From Haliotis cracherodii (lineage: Eukaryota): DNA of 64,000 nt. The notes under the pieces are model-generated. The model worked only from the letters and a program-made list of their open reading frames with translations, did not search any database and was not told where the DNA came from. The stretch lies in the NCBI RefSeq assembly GCF_022045235.1, contig NW_027266297.1:25916001-25980000 (forward strand), in the 5' to 3' direction. Shown in pieces: positions 24,181-35,888 of the stretch (position 1 is the first letter of the stretch; each line of letters starts with the position of its first letter). Both the position numbers and the translations under genes were made by a program.

Positions 24181-24346
24181 AGTGAGTGAGTGAGTGAGTG
24201 AGTGAATATGGTTTTACGCCGCTTTTAGCAATATTCGAGCAATACCACGGCGGGGGACACCAGAAATGGGCTTCACACATTGTACCCATGCCGGGTCTTC
24301 GGCATGACCAGTTAATGCTTTAACCACTAAGCCACCCGACCGCCCC
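24181..24346 (-). mobile_element. SINE family A
   Basis: Reverse family A lacking the B-box segment. TSD gcgcataca. Confidence 0.88.
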
Positions 24347-24706
24347 AGCGCATACAGAGAGAACTATGGGAATCACAGACATCCTGGTATCCTGGACATC
24401 GAGTACAGGATCTATCAGCTGCAGTTAATTTTACTGAGAATACTGAATTGATACAGGGTTTTTTTAGTCACGTCTCTTTCATTACAGGATCGTATATTCT
24501 TACTTCCAGTCAACGTTATTAACCAAAGTGGTTATTGTAACTTGTCTTGCAACAATGTCACTACAGGGATCTGGCTGGGTTGGTTTGGGTCAAGCTGGAA
24601 GTTTCAGGTGTTGGCTTTGAGTACTGTTATGGCCTAGCGATTTTAGGTGCCGCAATTCGTTGTTTAGACCACTGGTACCTATCAAAGATCCGTTCCGGTT
24701 ATAAAT

Positions 24707-24860
24707 GGTACCTTGATCTGTGAGGGCCCTATTCGTAGCCATTTATAATTGGTACCTTGATCTGTGAGGGCCCTATTCGTAGCCATTTATAATTGGTACC
24801 TTGATCTGTGAGGGCCCTATTCGTAGCCATTTATAATTGGTACCTTGATCTATGAGGGTC
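24707..24860. repeat. 44-bp tandem repeat x3.5
   Basis: ggtaccttgatctgtgagggccctattcgtagccatttataatt at 24707, 24751, 24795 and 24839. Confidence 0.95.
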
Positions 24861-25690
24861 CTCCTTAGTCGTGGGTTTCACACACTTGAAGACATCAAAG
24901 GCCTGCCTCATTCTCACCTTTTCCCCCACATCAAGCTGGTATGTGTTTATAACTACAACTAAAATACGGCTTTTGACTCTCACAGATACTCACAAACAAC
25001 TTCCGACCCCTCAGTACTGAGCTATGTAAAAGGTATATTAAGGTTATATAAAACGCCGAAAAGATAAATGTTTCATTTGTTGATTGTTCTTGTTTAACGC
25101 TGCACTCAGCAATATCCCAGCTGCATAACGGTGGCCCATCCATAATCGACAGTCTAGTGATTGATATTATGATCAACTATCCAATCCTACGACCAGGTTG
25201 TTGGGGACCTATCCCAAACCGGGATCCTACACGCCTAGAAAGCAGATGTGAGGTGATATCTGGGTGTCATGTAGCTCCAGGACCGGATATCCTTGACATA
25301 ATCGCTGTTATCTTACCACTACAGATTTATCCTTGTTCACAATTATTTTAAGAAAACCTAAACAAGACAATGTCCAAATTATTTGTTTCTTAAAAAACCG
25401 TTTCACGAAATGTCCATTCCAGCTTATAATGAACACATTAAAAGCAAATGACAATGTTTTTTGAATACAAAACGTTATACAAACGTAAAACATCAATGAT
25501 TAATGAAGCTTTAAAGGGTTTTTAAAAAATGGTATCATTCAACCTCCCCTCCTTTTGAACATATGAACTTTGAAATAATAGATTTAAGACAATTAATTAT
25601 AATTAAGAAAGCTTATACCATTAAATAATCATTGATGAAAAAGTAAAACGTTAAAACCCAAATCACACACTCATTCTTCATGTTTGGGCT

Positions 25691-26211
25691 CATCTTCCCT
25701 AGGTAAGGGAGTTAACTGACGTTAAAAGTCCACTTTCCCACCTTGCCGAACAAGACAGGAATTCCTTGGTTCGATCGTAGCGCCCCCAGTGGCTATTCCC
25801 AGTTATGTCCCTTCTAAGCCTCTCCTATTGACCAATCAGATTCCACCGCTCGTATCACTTGCTTTGCTTCAGACAAAATGGCGGCGCCCGGTCAGGACGA
25901 TCTGATCAATAACCAAGATCTATATTGTGATAAAACGGGTCTTACATCGCGAAATGCATCAAATCACGTGAGCAACTTGATTTAAACATGAAAAGATTTG
26001 GAAAATAGCTGCTGACAACGAGTTGGAGGTGCACATGCTTTGCAAATCCTGCAGTTTACGAACTGGATTTCGATTTCTTTGCGCGATTTTGATTGGACTA
26101 TGCATAGACTCGTTAGTCCAGCCAAAATGTAACTCCATAATACCAGCCTGGTTCGGTAAGGATGGAAACAGGACTTTTATAGTCAGTTAACTCTCTTGCC
26201 TCGGGAAGATG
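25691..26211. mobile_element. MITE with ~30-bp TIRs (copy 1), possible 9-bp TSD (MULE-like)
   Basis: catcttccctaggtaagggagttaactgac ... gtcagttaactctcttgcctcgggaagatg. Flanks gtttgggct/gtttgaact. Second copy at 35889. Confidence 0.85.
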
Positions 26212-27104
26212 GTTTGAACTATGAATATATAGCTTCCGTTTCTGAGCAGGACAGGTTCACATGTCAAGGTGACACGGATAATCTGTTGTTGGCTCGATGT
26301 AGCAATGAGAGCATGAGAGCAAATAGTCTGTATCATTGTTGTGTTTCAAATACAGCATGAATGCATGGCGTAAACAGCAAAACAGAAAACATACCTGATT
26401 GGAGTGCTTGTGGTGAAAGCAATGCTCTATCCCTTCTATGTGATAAACATTTTATGAGAAGAATGTATCTGCATTAATCTCAACAGGCGTTGCGAGAAGC
26501 ATAGTATGGTGTGAGGAGCAGTGATAGTGTAAAGTAGGGGTTAGTGGTCGGTCCCAACAGCACATGAAGTGGGGATTGTGAGGCAGGTAAAGTCGGGATT
26601 CGAACCAACGATCATAGATTCCTGGTGTGCCCAGGCGACGTAACTCTGCATAGCGAATTGCGGCGCCTTGGATGATTGGGCCACCCGTTCCCCAAACAGG
26701 GCGTTGATGTTTTATATTTACTTGAACTTGGTCGATGTTGTTTTGCTGTTGATGGAGTTACATCACAAGCTCAGCAGCATTGTGCGTGCGTGCGTGCGTG
26801 TGTGTTTACCTATCGACCTCCGCCTTCTGGGCAGGCATTCAACGACAACACCAGCGCGTGTGTGTGCGATTGTGCGTGCATGCGTGTTTGCCTCTGCTCC
26901 TACAGGGGTTCAAATCCTATATTAATGTACAAAATCACACTCGACAACGTTTTGCATTTTGAATACATCGATTTTTTAACAAATACAATCAGGTTCAGGT
27001 TCCAAACATTGTACCCTTTGAGAAATCGAATCAGCGTGACAAGCCAATGCTTTCACCACTGGGATACCGCCCCTGATTTGCAACAGACATACCATTAAGC
27101 ATCG

Positions 27105-27463
27105 AGGTGAGGTTGTGAGGTGAAATGGGGTTTAACGTCGCGTCCAAGATAATTGCACTTATATAGCGACGTGCATGTACGTGTGTGTGTGTGTGTGTGT
27201 GGCTGCTTGTACTAGTTTGGACTGATGCCGATTTATAGTGCTAGCTCACTGAGATACCATGCCGCAGTTTAACATGAATACCCCACTCAGACACAGTATA
27301 CTGACTCCGAGCCGACCAGTCCTTGTCTTAGCCCCTTAATGCCGAGCGCCAGACAGGGTAACAACAAGTACCATCTTTTAACGTCTTTTGGTATGACGCG
27401 ATCGGGGATTGAACCCTGGACCTTCCGATCTCCGGGCGGCCGCTCTACCACTAGACCACGGAG
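27105..27463 (-). mobile_element. SINE family D
   Basis: Highly similar to 7728-8082. TSD cattaagcatcg/cattgagcatcg. Confidence 0.9.
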
Positions 27464-27610
27464 CATTGAGCATCGGCGTGTGATTACAACGTTGTATATT
27501 TTAATAACTGGAGCTGATTGTTGCAGGACTGTCACAAGATTCACAGGACACCACGACAACACGTCATCTAAAAACTCCAGAAGAGAAAAAGACGCACCCA
27601 ACCACCTTTT

Positions 27611-28095
27611 TTGTTTGTTTGTTTCTTTACGCCACACTCAGCAATATTCCAGCTATATGACGGCGGTCTGTAAATGTATGACAGAACAATCCAGTGATTG
27701 ACATCATCAGCACCGATCATCGCACTTGAGATACGATGACATACATCAAACAAGTCAGCGAGCCTGACAACCCGATCCATTCAGTCGTCTCTGACGACAA
27801 GCACAGGTTGCTGAGGACATATACTCTTACCAGGTTTCGGGGGTAGAACATGTCTTCAGCAGCCCATGCTTGCCGTGAAAGGCGACTATGCTTGTCGAAA
27901 GAGGCAACTAACGGGATCGGGTGGTCAGGCTAACTGACTTGGTTGGTGCATGTCATTGTATCCTAATTGTGTGGATCGATGCTCATGATGTCAATCACTG
28001 GATTGTGTGGTCAAGACTCGATTATTTATAGACCGCCGTCATGTAGCTTGAATATTGCTGTGTGCGGCGTTAAACAAAATACAAAACAAACAAAA
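27611..28095. mobile_element. Head-to-head pair of family C elements (minus ~27611-27830, plus ~27835-28095)
   Basis: Both halves align to the family C consensus in opposite orientation. Confidence 0.85.
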
Positions 28096-28532
28096 CCAGG
28101 TCTCGATACTGGGTCACACCACACCCACGCACGCTGCAACGAGGAAAACGTTATGCCATAACCCTCCTATATTTGCGTCAGATCCAACACAAACACCGAC
28201 TGTGGTTCAGCTTTCATATCCGCCCTCGGTCTCGTCACAGTCACTTGGGTTTCATTAAAGGATACTTTCGTTATGATTTAGTTGAATCATGATCTGATCA
28301 ACGCAGCAGTCTCGCAACAATCATCTGTATCGGTTTCGGTAAAATACGCGGACGGATATATGGAGATTTAAAGCAACATATGCATTACAGTGGGTAAGAG
28401 ACACTCGTGTCTTTGGCCTGTTCACCGCGGTACGTCCCTTGCCCAGTTGCACGTTGTCCCTCTCATGGACCTGGATAAGAATAAAAGAAGGGGAAATACG
28501 CCATTTGTTGTGTGATCTACAACAGTCGCGCG

Positions 28533-30296
28533 ATGGCTGAGGCGGCTTCAAACAGTACTTTGGGTAACTATGAAAAGAACGTACCTGTCATAATTATGGT
28601 GTCAGTATTTGTGCCAGTTGGGATCATAGGAAACGTTTTGATTTTGTATGTATACGGAAAACGATTTAAGGAGTCCACCACAAGGATGTTCATTCTATCC
28701 CTGGCTGTTTTTGACCTGATCACGTGTGTCTGCTTACCCTATAAAGTCCTACTTTTACGCTTCGGGGATGTGTTCAGCAATCTTCACCTTGCCCGTCTAG
28801 AAATGGTTCGGATATATTTCCTACAGGTGTCAGTGATGATCCTACCCCTGGTGTCTATTGACAGATATCGGAGAATATGTAAACGTCAGAAGAAGCAGAT
28901 TTCACCCTCACTCGCTAGACGTCTGGTCGTCGGGTTATGTATTCTTATGGCCACGATGACAGCACTTCGGATGATAGTTTCAAGTGACTCGACAGGGAAA
29001 TATCGAGCAGAGGCACTCATTTCAACCAAATATGTAAATCAAGGCTTACAAACAAGTTTATGGACATATTTCTATTTTGCGTGCATGGGCTTGCCATTTT
29101 TTGTTCCTCTTCCAATTATGATAATAATGTATTCACTGATTGGGATGAAGATACGGAAGTTAAGTAGAAGGATGATTTTGCGGAAAAGACCAATTTACCC
29201 AAGTTCAGTTGACACCTCTTCAAACGTCACAGTGATTGAGACAGGTGATTGTGAGTCGGGGACATCCATGAACAACTGCAGCCAAATCACTTCACAGAAG
29301 GAAACAAGAAAAGCCATATCCGGGGAGGACATTATGACATCGGGAAAAGAAGATTGCGATATTGTCGTCGGGGGATCAGAAGACTCACGAAAAGATGTTT
29401 CTGGACGCCTTTCTACAACTAAAGCTAAATCCACATCTTCTTCATTAAGGTATGTCAATAAAGAAGTGCTGAGAGATTTAACTAGACGATCTGAATCAAG
29501 TAAATCTAAACAAAGGAAAAACGCAGAGTCCCAAGAAACGTGGTACCCTACTTCTGACATGAACTATATTAGGACGATTCAAAGAAGGAAGGATGCCCAA
29601 GTAGAAGAACTTCCTGTAGGATCAAAACGAGCCTTTTCAATGAAGTACAGATCCACTAAATCTCGCAAGGCAAAAGCACAGGAGAATATTGCGTCTTCTT
29701 CTCCTAATCTTCTAACCGAAGACATTGGTAATGCTAGACTCCCAGACCGCCAAGCCTCTGTTGATGTTTCCTTCGAAACAAACGACATCAGGGCATCAGC
29801 ATCATTACACGAAATCATAGATCGTTCATCAGCAATCCTTACCCATACAGATGACATCTCTAACCACAGTGACAGTGAGCTTGAAAAGACTTCTGACAGT
29901 GAAACACCACAAGGCTACGTCTGTATCGAAGATTTAGGTGTTTCATCCGAGGTACGGGGAGATGACCCTGAAGTAGGAGGGGGCCCTACCTCCACCTCAT
30001 CGGGGCCAAGACTCCCTTGGAAGAAGATGACTTTTATCTTTTTCATGATCACCGTGGTGTACATTATAGCATGTCTTCCGTTTCTCGTTTTATTTGTTAT
30101 CTTTCGTGTCAGCGAGGAATATGGGCGTATCATCTTGTCGTACAGGATTGGAATTGTGTTGTATAACTTTCCTTACATCACGAACATATCTAACTGTTTC
30201 CTTTATGGGTTTTTCGATCCTCGGTTCCGACGAGAACTTAAGACTTTAAGACAAGAAGTTACCTGCAGTGCAATGGGGGTCCCAGAAACAATGTGA
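28533..30296 (+). CDS. Class A GPCR, paralog 4 (most divergent), 587 aa from the ATG at 28533
   Basis: GIIGN, LAVFD, SIDRY, CLPF, SNCFLYGFFDPRF. The ORF-track start at 28512 is GTG; the first in-frame ATG gives MAEAASNST. Confidence 0.93.
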   Translation: MAEAASNSTLGNYEKNVPVIIMVSVFVPVGIIGNVLILYVYGKRFKESTTRMFILSLAVFDLITCVCLPYKVLLLRFGDVFSNLHLARLEMVRIYFLQVSVMILPLVSIDRYRRICKRQKKQISPSLARRLVVGLCILMATMTALRMIVSSDSTGKYRAEALISTKYVNQGLQTSLWTYFYFACMGLPFFVPLPIMIIMYSLIGMKIRKLSRRMILRKRPIYPSSVDTSSNVTVIETGDCESGTSMNNCSQITSQKETRKAISGEDIMTSGKEDCDIVVGGSEDSRKDVSGRLSTTKAKSTSSSLRYVNKEVLRDLTRRSESSKSKQRKNAESQETWYPTSDMNYIRTIQRRKDAQVEELPVGSKRAFSMKYRSTKSRKAKAQENIASSSPNLLTEDIGNARLPDRQASVDVSFETNDIRASASLHEIIDRSSAILTHTDDISNHSDSELEKTSDSETPQGYVCIEDLGVSSEVRGDDPEVGGGPTSTSSGPRLPWKKMTFIFFMITVVYIIACLPFLVLFVIFRVSEEYGRIILSYRIGIVLYNFPYITNISNCFLYGFFDPRFRRELKTLRQEVTCSAMGVPETM

Positions 30297-30320
30297 CAGT
30301 AAATAAGCGTATTTATGTAA

Positions 30321-30588
30321 GTGTTTTCAAAGCCAATTGATATGTATAACCGTTCAACGATGACTGTACTCAAATGAAAAAATACTGAAAACAAGCAATG
30401 TTATATACTGAACCGCAAAAGAAACTTCACCCGAAGTAACATTGCATGAAAACTGTGTTTTCAAAGCCAATTGATATGTATTACCGTTCAACGATGACTG
30501 TACTCAAAGGAAAAAATACTGAAAACAAGCAATGTTATATACTGAACCGCAAAAGAAACGTCACCCGAAGTAACATTGCATGAAAACT
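30321..30588. repeat. 134-bp tandem duplication covering the GPCR4 3' flank and the Tc1 left end
   Basis: gtgttttcaaagccaattgat...cattgcatgaaaact at 30321 and 30455. Confidence 0.92.
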
Positions 30589-30748
30589 TGTCATTGAAAC
30601 ATCCGAGTAATTTTTGTCAAAGTTTCTAAAATTTAACATTACCTTGTCAGGAAAAATGAAATTTGATGATAAAAAAACAAAGCAGATGACAATAAAACCG
30701 ATCGCCCAAAGACACCACGGCAACGGCCATGGTAACCTGATGCACGAG

Positions 30749-33303
30749 TTTCAGCATGATAACGACCTTGTCCACACTGCGAGGGCAACAAGAGACTTCC
30801 TCCAACAGAATGGCATCAGAACCATGCAGAGGCCTGCCCTCAGTCCCGATTTAAATCACATTCTACCATGACATTGATGAATGCTTGATTCTGATTGGTT
30901 AAAAAGAGGTTTCCTTTTTGCTACAGAAACCCCTTTCAAATATATTAAGCCTTTTCACAAAAAAAACGTGCGTATGAATACATAGATAGCCTACATATCG
31001 ATTCACACAAAATGGCTGCCGATCGATCACCCCCATATATGAACTGTAAAACATATCTATATTTCCTCTAATACACGCGGGGTCTCAAATACCAGACAGG
31101 TCTCTAATACACGCTGAGTCAAGGGCTCTCGCGAAATTAATAGACGGTGTATAGTGTCAAATAGAGGAAATACGGTAGTTTGATATCGGCTGTTTGGGGC
31201 GTTCTAGGCCGCAACCCTGACTGCTTCGATGATGACATTAAAAGATTTAACAAAGGCATATCTTTTGCTTACAAATGAAATGTTATGAAACTGTTAGGGA
31301 AATGTTCTATGGTGACCAGAATCGGTACAATTTAAGCTATTTCCTCATTGAAACAACCGACAATGAAAGTAAAATATAACATTATAAAAATTGTTTGAAA
31401 AAACAACATCACATCAGCAGGGATAGTCAACGTGTCAATGTTGAACAGCATCACACACACAGTAGTGGGTTGTCTTCTGGTTTCCTGCAATTCTTTAACA
31501 GCACTAGCTGTTACTGTTAACAATTTCTTTGGCAGCCATAACTGAGAGTGTAGTGCAGATACAGTGACAACCGGGACACGTTAGGACGGTTCTCAATTCA
31601 GGGTGGGGAGGTATAATTCAAAGATTCACACATTCAAAATTAGTGAAAGAGTGATATCTAATAAATTTTGTTGAGAAAATAATAATTGTTCATTTTTTTG
31701 GTAGCTTTTTCTTAAACCCACGTACAGTTAATTTCATTATTGAAACAACCGACAATGAAAGTGAAATATAACATAATAAAATGTGTTTGAAGACATTTTA
31801 TTCATGACAACATGGTGTTTACAAACCTTTTTCTGATCGATATCCATTGCCATCTCCGTCAACCACCACGGTTAGAATTTGGCAGGTGGGAATTTGAAAG
31901 TCCATCAGAAAACACTCCCTTTCGAAAGTCCACGAAAACAATGTCCCAACTGAAGTGACAGCTTATCAAACTTGATGAAATTCATTTCAGAACACGCACA
32001 ATTATGGAAAGTATACACGACCTACTATTTCTGGACCAGAAATGTCTAAGTTCTGTCACTTTTTGGCGTTGGATCCGTGAAATCTTGAAATTGACAGGTC
32101 AAACCATGCAGATTCCTCGTTTCAAAATATCCGTCTCGTCTGCAGCCTAAACAGCGGCTGTTCAGTCATACTCAGTTCCATTAGTAATCATATGGATGTA
32201 CCAGCAGGCTCGATCAATCCCAGTAAATCTACAGGTAAATGTTGAACCACATCATAGATCGGGGTTGTCATCTTGCTTCTTTTAACTAGATCAAGTTAAT
32301 GTAAAGACATGATTGTCAGCCATTGACAGCTGTGAGGTGTTAGTAACCGTGATTTAGGTCAAGTTCTGCCACATCCAAGTTCGGGGTAGAGAGGCATTTA
32401 CTTTGATGTTATTATTGTTTACTGGGGGTAATTGCTATCTAACTAATAACTCTTAAACATATTTAGTGTATATTAGAATGTTAATTCATAACGTTTGCTG
32501 TAGAAATATATTCGTTTTGCATTTTAAAACCTTTTTTCTATTACCCGTCACCCCTACAATAGAAATGATGGCATGTTCGATTTCCAAGAAATGACCTCTC
32601 TCACAAATTTCCGAGAAACGACAGCCAAGTCCACAGTGTTCAACAGTGTGCAACAGTTTGATAGAACTTAAAACATCTCTCTTTGGATTAAGTTAGGAGT
32701 GTTATTTGTCAACTTCGTTTGAAAAACTAAGTGTTTTGAATACTTATTATGAACTACTCACGACTTTGGTGTTTTTTAATCTTAAACTTTAGTAATATTT
32801 GTTACATATATACTACCTGTGACCACTTTTCGGAATGTTCTAAGATTGCGGACCTGTGCACCTGTGTTATTACGCGTTGCAAGAGAGCACCATGTTCAAA
32901 GCGTTGTTGCCGTCATGGTAGAATGGAGATAAACCTACTGTGTTTTGAAATTTGATGTAGTCCCACTGTAGAATAGAAACCTCTTTATTAAAATTTGGAA
33001 CCTCGCGCTACAGCGCTCGGTTCCAAATTTTAATAAAGAGGTTTCTATTCTACAGTGGGACTACATCAAATTTCAAAATACAGTAGGTTTATCTCCTAAT
33101 TGAGCACCTGTGGGACGAGATTCAAAGACGGCTGAATGACGTCCGACTAGGGCCGACAACTGCAGCTGAACTGCGTCGGGCTTTCCTCAGAGTGTGGGCT
33201 CAAGTGCCTATGGCCTTCATAAACCGCCTCATCCATTCCATGTATCGATGTTGCACGGCAGTCATCATTGAACATGGCGGACACACGAGATACGGACTTA
33301 TGA
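30749..33303 (+). pseudogene. Tc1 transposase C-terminal relic (30749-30862 + 33102-33303)
   Basis: FQHDNDLVHTARATRDFLQQNGIRTMQRPALSPDLNHI joins EHLWDEIQRRL...HGGHTRY, giving exactly 34 residues between D and E. Confidence 0.9.
30863..33098 (+). mobile_element. 2.2-kb hairpin-ended DNA element (Crypton-like non-autonomous architecture) inserted in the Tc1 relic
   Basis: Boundaries are fixed by the split transposase. 5' attctaccatgac is inverted at 32912-32924. Terminal palindrome 32925-33096 has 78-bp arms and loop tcgcgctacagcgctc. Confidence 0.75.
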
Positions 33304-33591
33304 TGCCACTTTCTCAGAGACTAATGTTGTGGTTTCACTTTAAGAATATTTGAATCTTTAATTTCAACGTTTCTGATCAGTTTCATCTTTTTTAAAAAGT
33401 CTTAAAGTATGTTTACAATGTTTGGACAAATAAGATTTCTCATATTTCTATCCATGTGACGTTTCTTTTGCGGTTCAGTATATAAGGGGGAATCAGTACT
33501 CAGATGTGCTCTTTTTCTTTTTGGTATTATTGTAATTTTAAATGTTTTTTCGTTGAGAATCTCAGTTTGATATACTATATGTATGTATGTA

Positions 33592-33961
33592 TTAGTTTTG
33601 TTTAACGCCGCACTCAGCAATATTCTAGCTATATGACGGCGGTCTGTAAATAATCGAGTCTGGACTAGACAATCCAGTGATTGACATCATGAGCCTCGAT
33701 CCAAGCAATTGATGACATACATCAAACAAGTCAGCGAGCCTGACAACCCGATCCATTCAGTCGTCTCTTTCGACAAGCATAGGTTGCTGAGGACATATAC
33801 TCTTACCAGGTTTCGGGGGTAGAATGTGTCTTCAGCAGCCCATGGTTGCCGTGAAAGGCGACTATGCTTGTCGTAAGAGGCGACTTACGAAAAGCATAGT
33901 CGCTTTTTACGGCAAGCATGGGTTTGCTGAAGCCCTATTTTACCCCGGATCTTCACAGGTC
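33592..33961 (-). mobile_element. Family C element carrying an internal inverted segment shared with 27741-27905
   Basis: Contains the same unique junction (gaggacatatactcttaccaggtttcgggggtagaa) as the 27.8-kb pair. Confidence 0.85.
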
Positions 33962-34271
33962 ATTTGATGTACTATTTTAAAGTAGGCCTATGTATCTTCA
34001 AGACAGGTTGATATAATGCTCTGTAATATATTTTTCAGAAACGGACGCTTTTTCGTAAACATACCACTTTTCGATTAATAATCGCAAAATAAACAAAGCA
34101 CGTAGTCTATTTATGTCAATTGATTTAGTGATTTCATATTTGTTGTGTTCTTCATGACCCTTCGGATCGAATCCGTCGCATCTAGGAAACGGAACATCCT
34201 GTTCCTCAGTGAATCATCACATTCGTCACATTTCTCTTTAACATCAATTCAGTACGTCCGCGTTACTTGTA

Positions 34272-34513
34272 TTGTTTGTTTGTTTGTTGTTTAACGCCGC
34301 ACTCAGCAATTGTCCAGCCATATGACGGCGGTCTGTAAATAATCGTGTCTGGACCAGGCAATCCAGTGATTGACATCATGAGCATCGATCCACGCAATTA
34401 GGATACGATGACATCAACCAAGTCAGTGAGCCTGACCACCCGATCCCGTTAGTCGCCTTTCACGGCAAGCAGAGGTTGCTGAAGACCTATTCTAACCCTG
34501 ATCTTCCCGGGTC
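34272..34513 (-). mobile_element. Family C, full-length
   Basis: Starts GACCCGGGAAGATC on the minus strand. TSD cc(g/a)cgttact(t/g)gtattg. Confidence 0.9.
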
Positions 34514-34562
34514 CCACGTTACTGGTATTGAAATCGCACTCTTGCAATATAAACTGAGTTAA

Positions 34563-35215
34563 AGGGCAAGTTCACACGGAAATGAACCATTTTTTCTTGT
34601 ACTTTTTCCACATTAAAAGTGTTAACATAGAAGTGTCATAGACAAAAATATAAAAACATCATATTTAATTAACATATTTTTTGCACTAAAACGATTCATA
34701 TTTTTCACATTTACCAAGTGTTCTATTTCCATAACAAAAACACCATGGCTTATGCCCCTTGCAATATGACGTCATTGGTGCCAATTGATAAACATTATGA
34801 CGTCATCATGCTTTGTTAGAGCCGCTTCACGTGGTGTAGGTACAGTTTTGTGATTCTAGCTTCTCAGATGCCAGCCAGAATTGTGTTATGCTGAGACACC
34901 ACTGCGCCGGAGTGTGTCGTAGACCATGTTGTTTTACCGCAAACTGGTCCTTGATATCTTTTGCGTTGAGAATAGACAGGGACCCAGTTGAATTGGCACC
35001 AATTACGTCATAATCTAAGGGGGATAACTCAGGCCTATTTCGCTCGTAAAACGAAGGCCTCATAACGGCATATCACTTTCACACTATTGTGAGCTTCCTA
35101 CTTTCACTGTGAAAAAAAATGAGTGTATATTTTCAAACACAGATACGAACTAATTCTAAAATTGCGTTTTGTTTAGAAAAAGAAAGAAAGTGATTTTTGC
35201 GTGTACACTTCCCCT
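34563..35215. mobile_element. Non-autonomous DNA transposon, Kolobok-like
   Basis: ttaa|agggcaagttcacacg ... cgtgtacacttcccct|ttaa (TTAA TSD, AG..CT termini). Confidence 0.7.
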
Positions 35216-35380
35216 TTAAAGACAAGTGTTCAGATTTATTTCACATGAAAGCTTGTCCTGATAATCTTTAGGTGTTTGTATTCAGCACAATGGTGTGTGC
35301 ACACATTGTCAATATTAAAGTGGATCAAGTACAGGGAAAGTATTTTCAAAACCACGCAGTAAAACGGAGATGAGCACGGG

Positions 35381-35556
35381 ATGAGTGGGTAAGTGAGTGA
35401 GTGAGTATGATTTTACGCCGCTTTTATCAATATTCAAGCAATATCACTGCTCGGGACACCAGACATGGGTGCACACATTGCACCCATGGAGGAATCGAAC
35501 CCAGGTATTCGGCGTGACGAGCGAACGCTTTAACCACTAGGCTACCCGACCGCCCC
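35381..35556 (-). mobile_element. SINE family A
   Basis: Reverse family A, full head to tail. Confidence 0.88.
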
Positions 35557-35888
35557 TTCACTTACTACTTCACGTTGAATGTAAGACTCTAGTCTTTGTA
35601 ATTTGACCAATAACCATATTTCTCAACATTTCTGTTTCAAACTGGGTATGGATAACAAGGAATATTTAAGAACATATAGACAGGGGTAGATAACCCACCA
35701 CTCCTGCAAGAGCGTATATGTTCTATTCTGATTGGTTCTACACAGACATCAGTCATACAGTGATGTAGATGCGATAAACAACACCGTAAACCTGGTATCA
35801 TGATCCAATACATATGCAAATAATGTTACCTTTAGCGGCTTGCTATAAGCCCCATGCAACGATGTTATGCCTGCTTCCTTTTCACTCT

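Larger units (their letters stand above)
30540..33480 (+). mobile_element. Internally deleted Tc1-family transposon (DD34E relic) split by a nested insertion
   Basis: TIRs tactgaaccgcaaaagaaacgtcac / gtgacgtttcttttgcggttcagta with TA TSD. Transposase C-terminus in two pieces. Confidence 0.9.

Noticed and set aside
24707-24860. CRISPR-like arrays (also 55258-55625 and 58230-58985)
   Set aside because: Head-to-tail repeats without unique spacers, eukaryotic context, and no cas genes.
25778-25794. CTCF site in the MITE (tagcgcccccagtggc)
   Set aside because: One base short of the consensus spacing and degenerate in copy 2.
31800-32280. Coding relic inside the hairpin-ended element
   Set aside because: Manual translation of the most promising minus-strand frame gave multiple stops and no recognisable motif.
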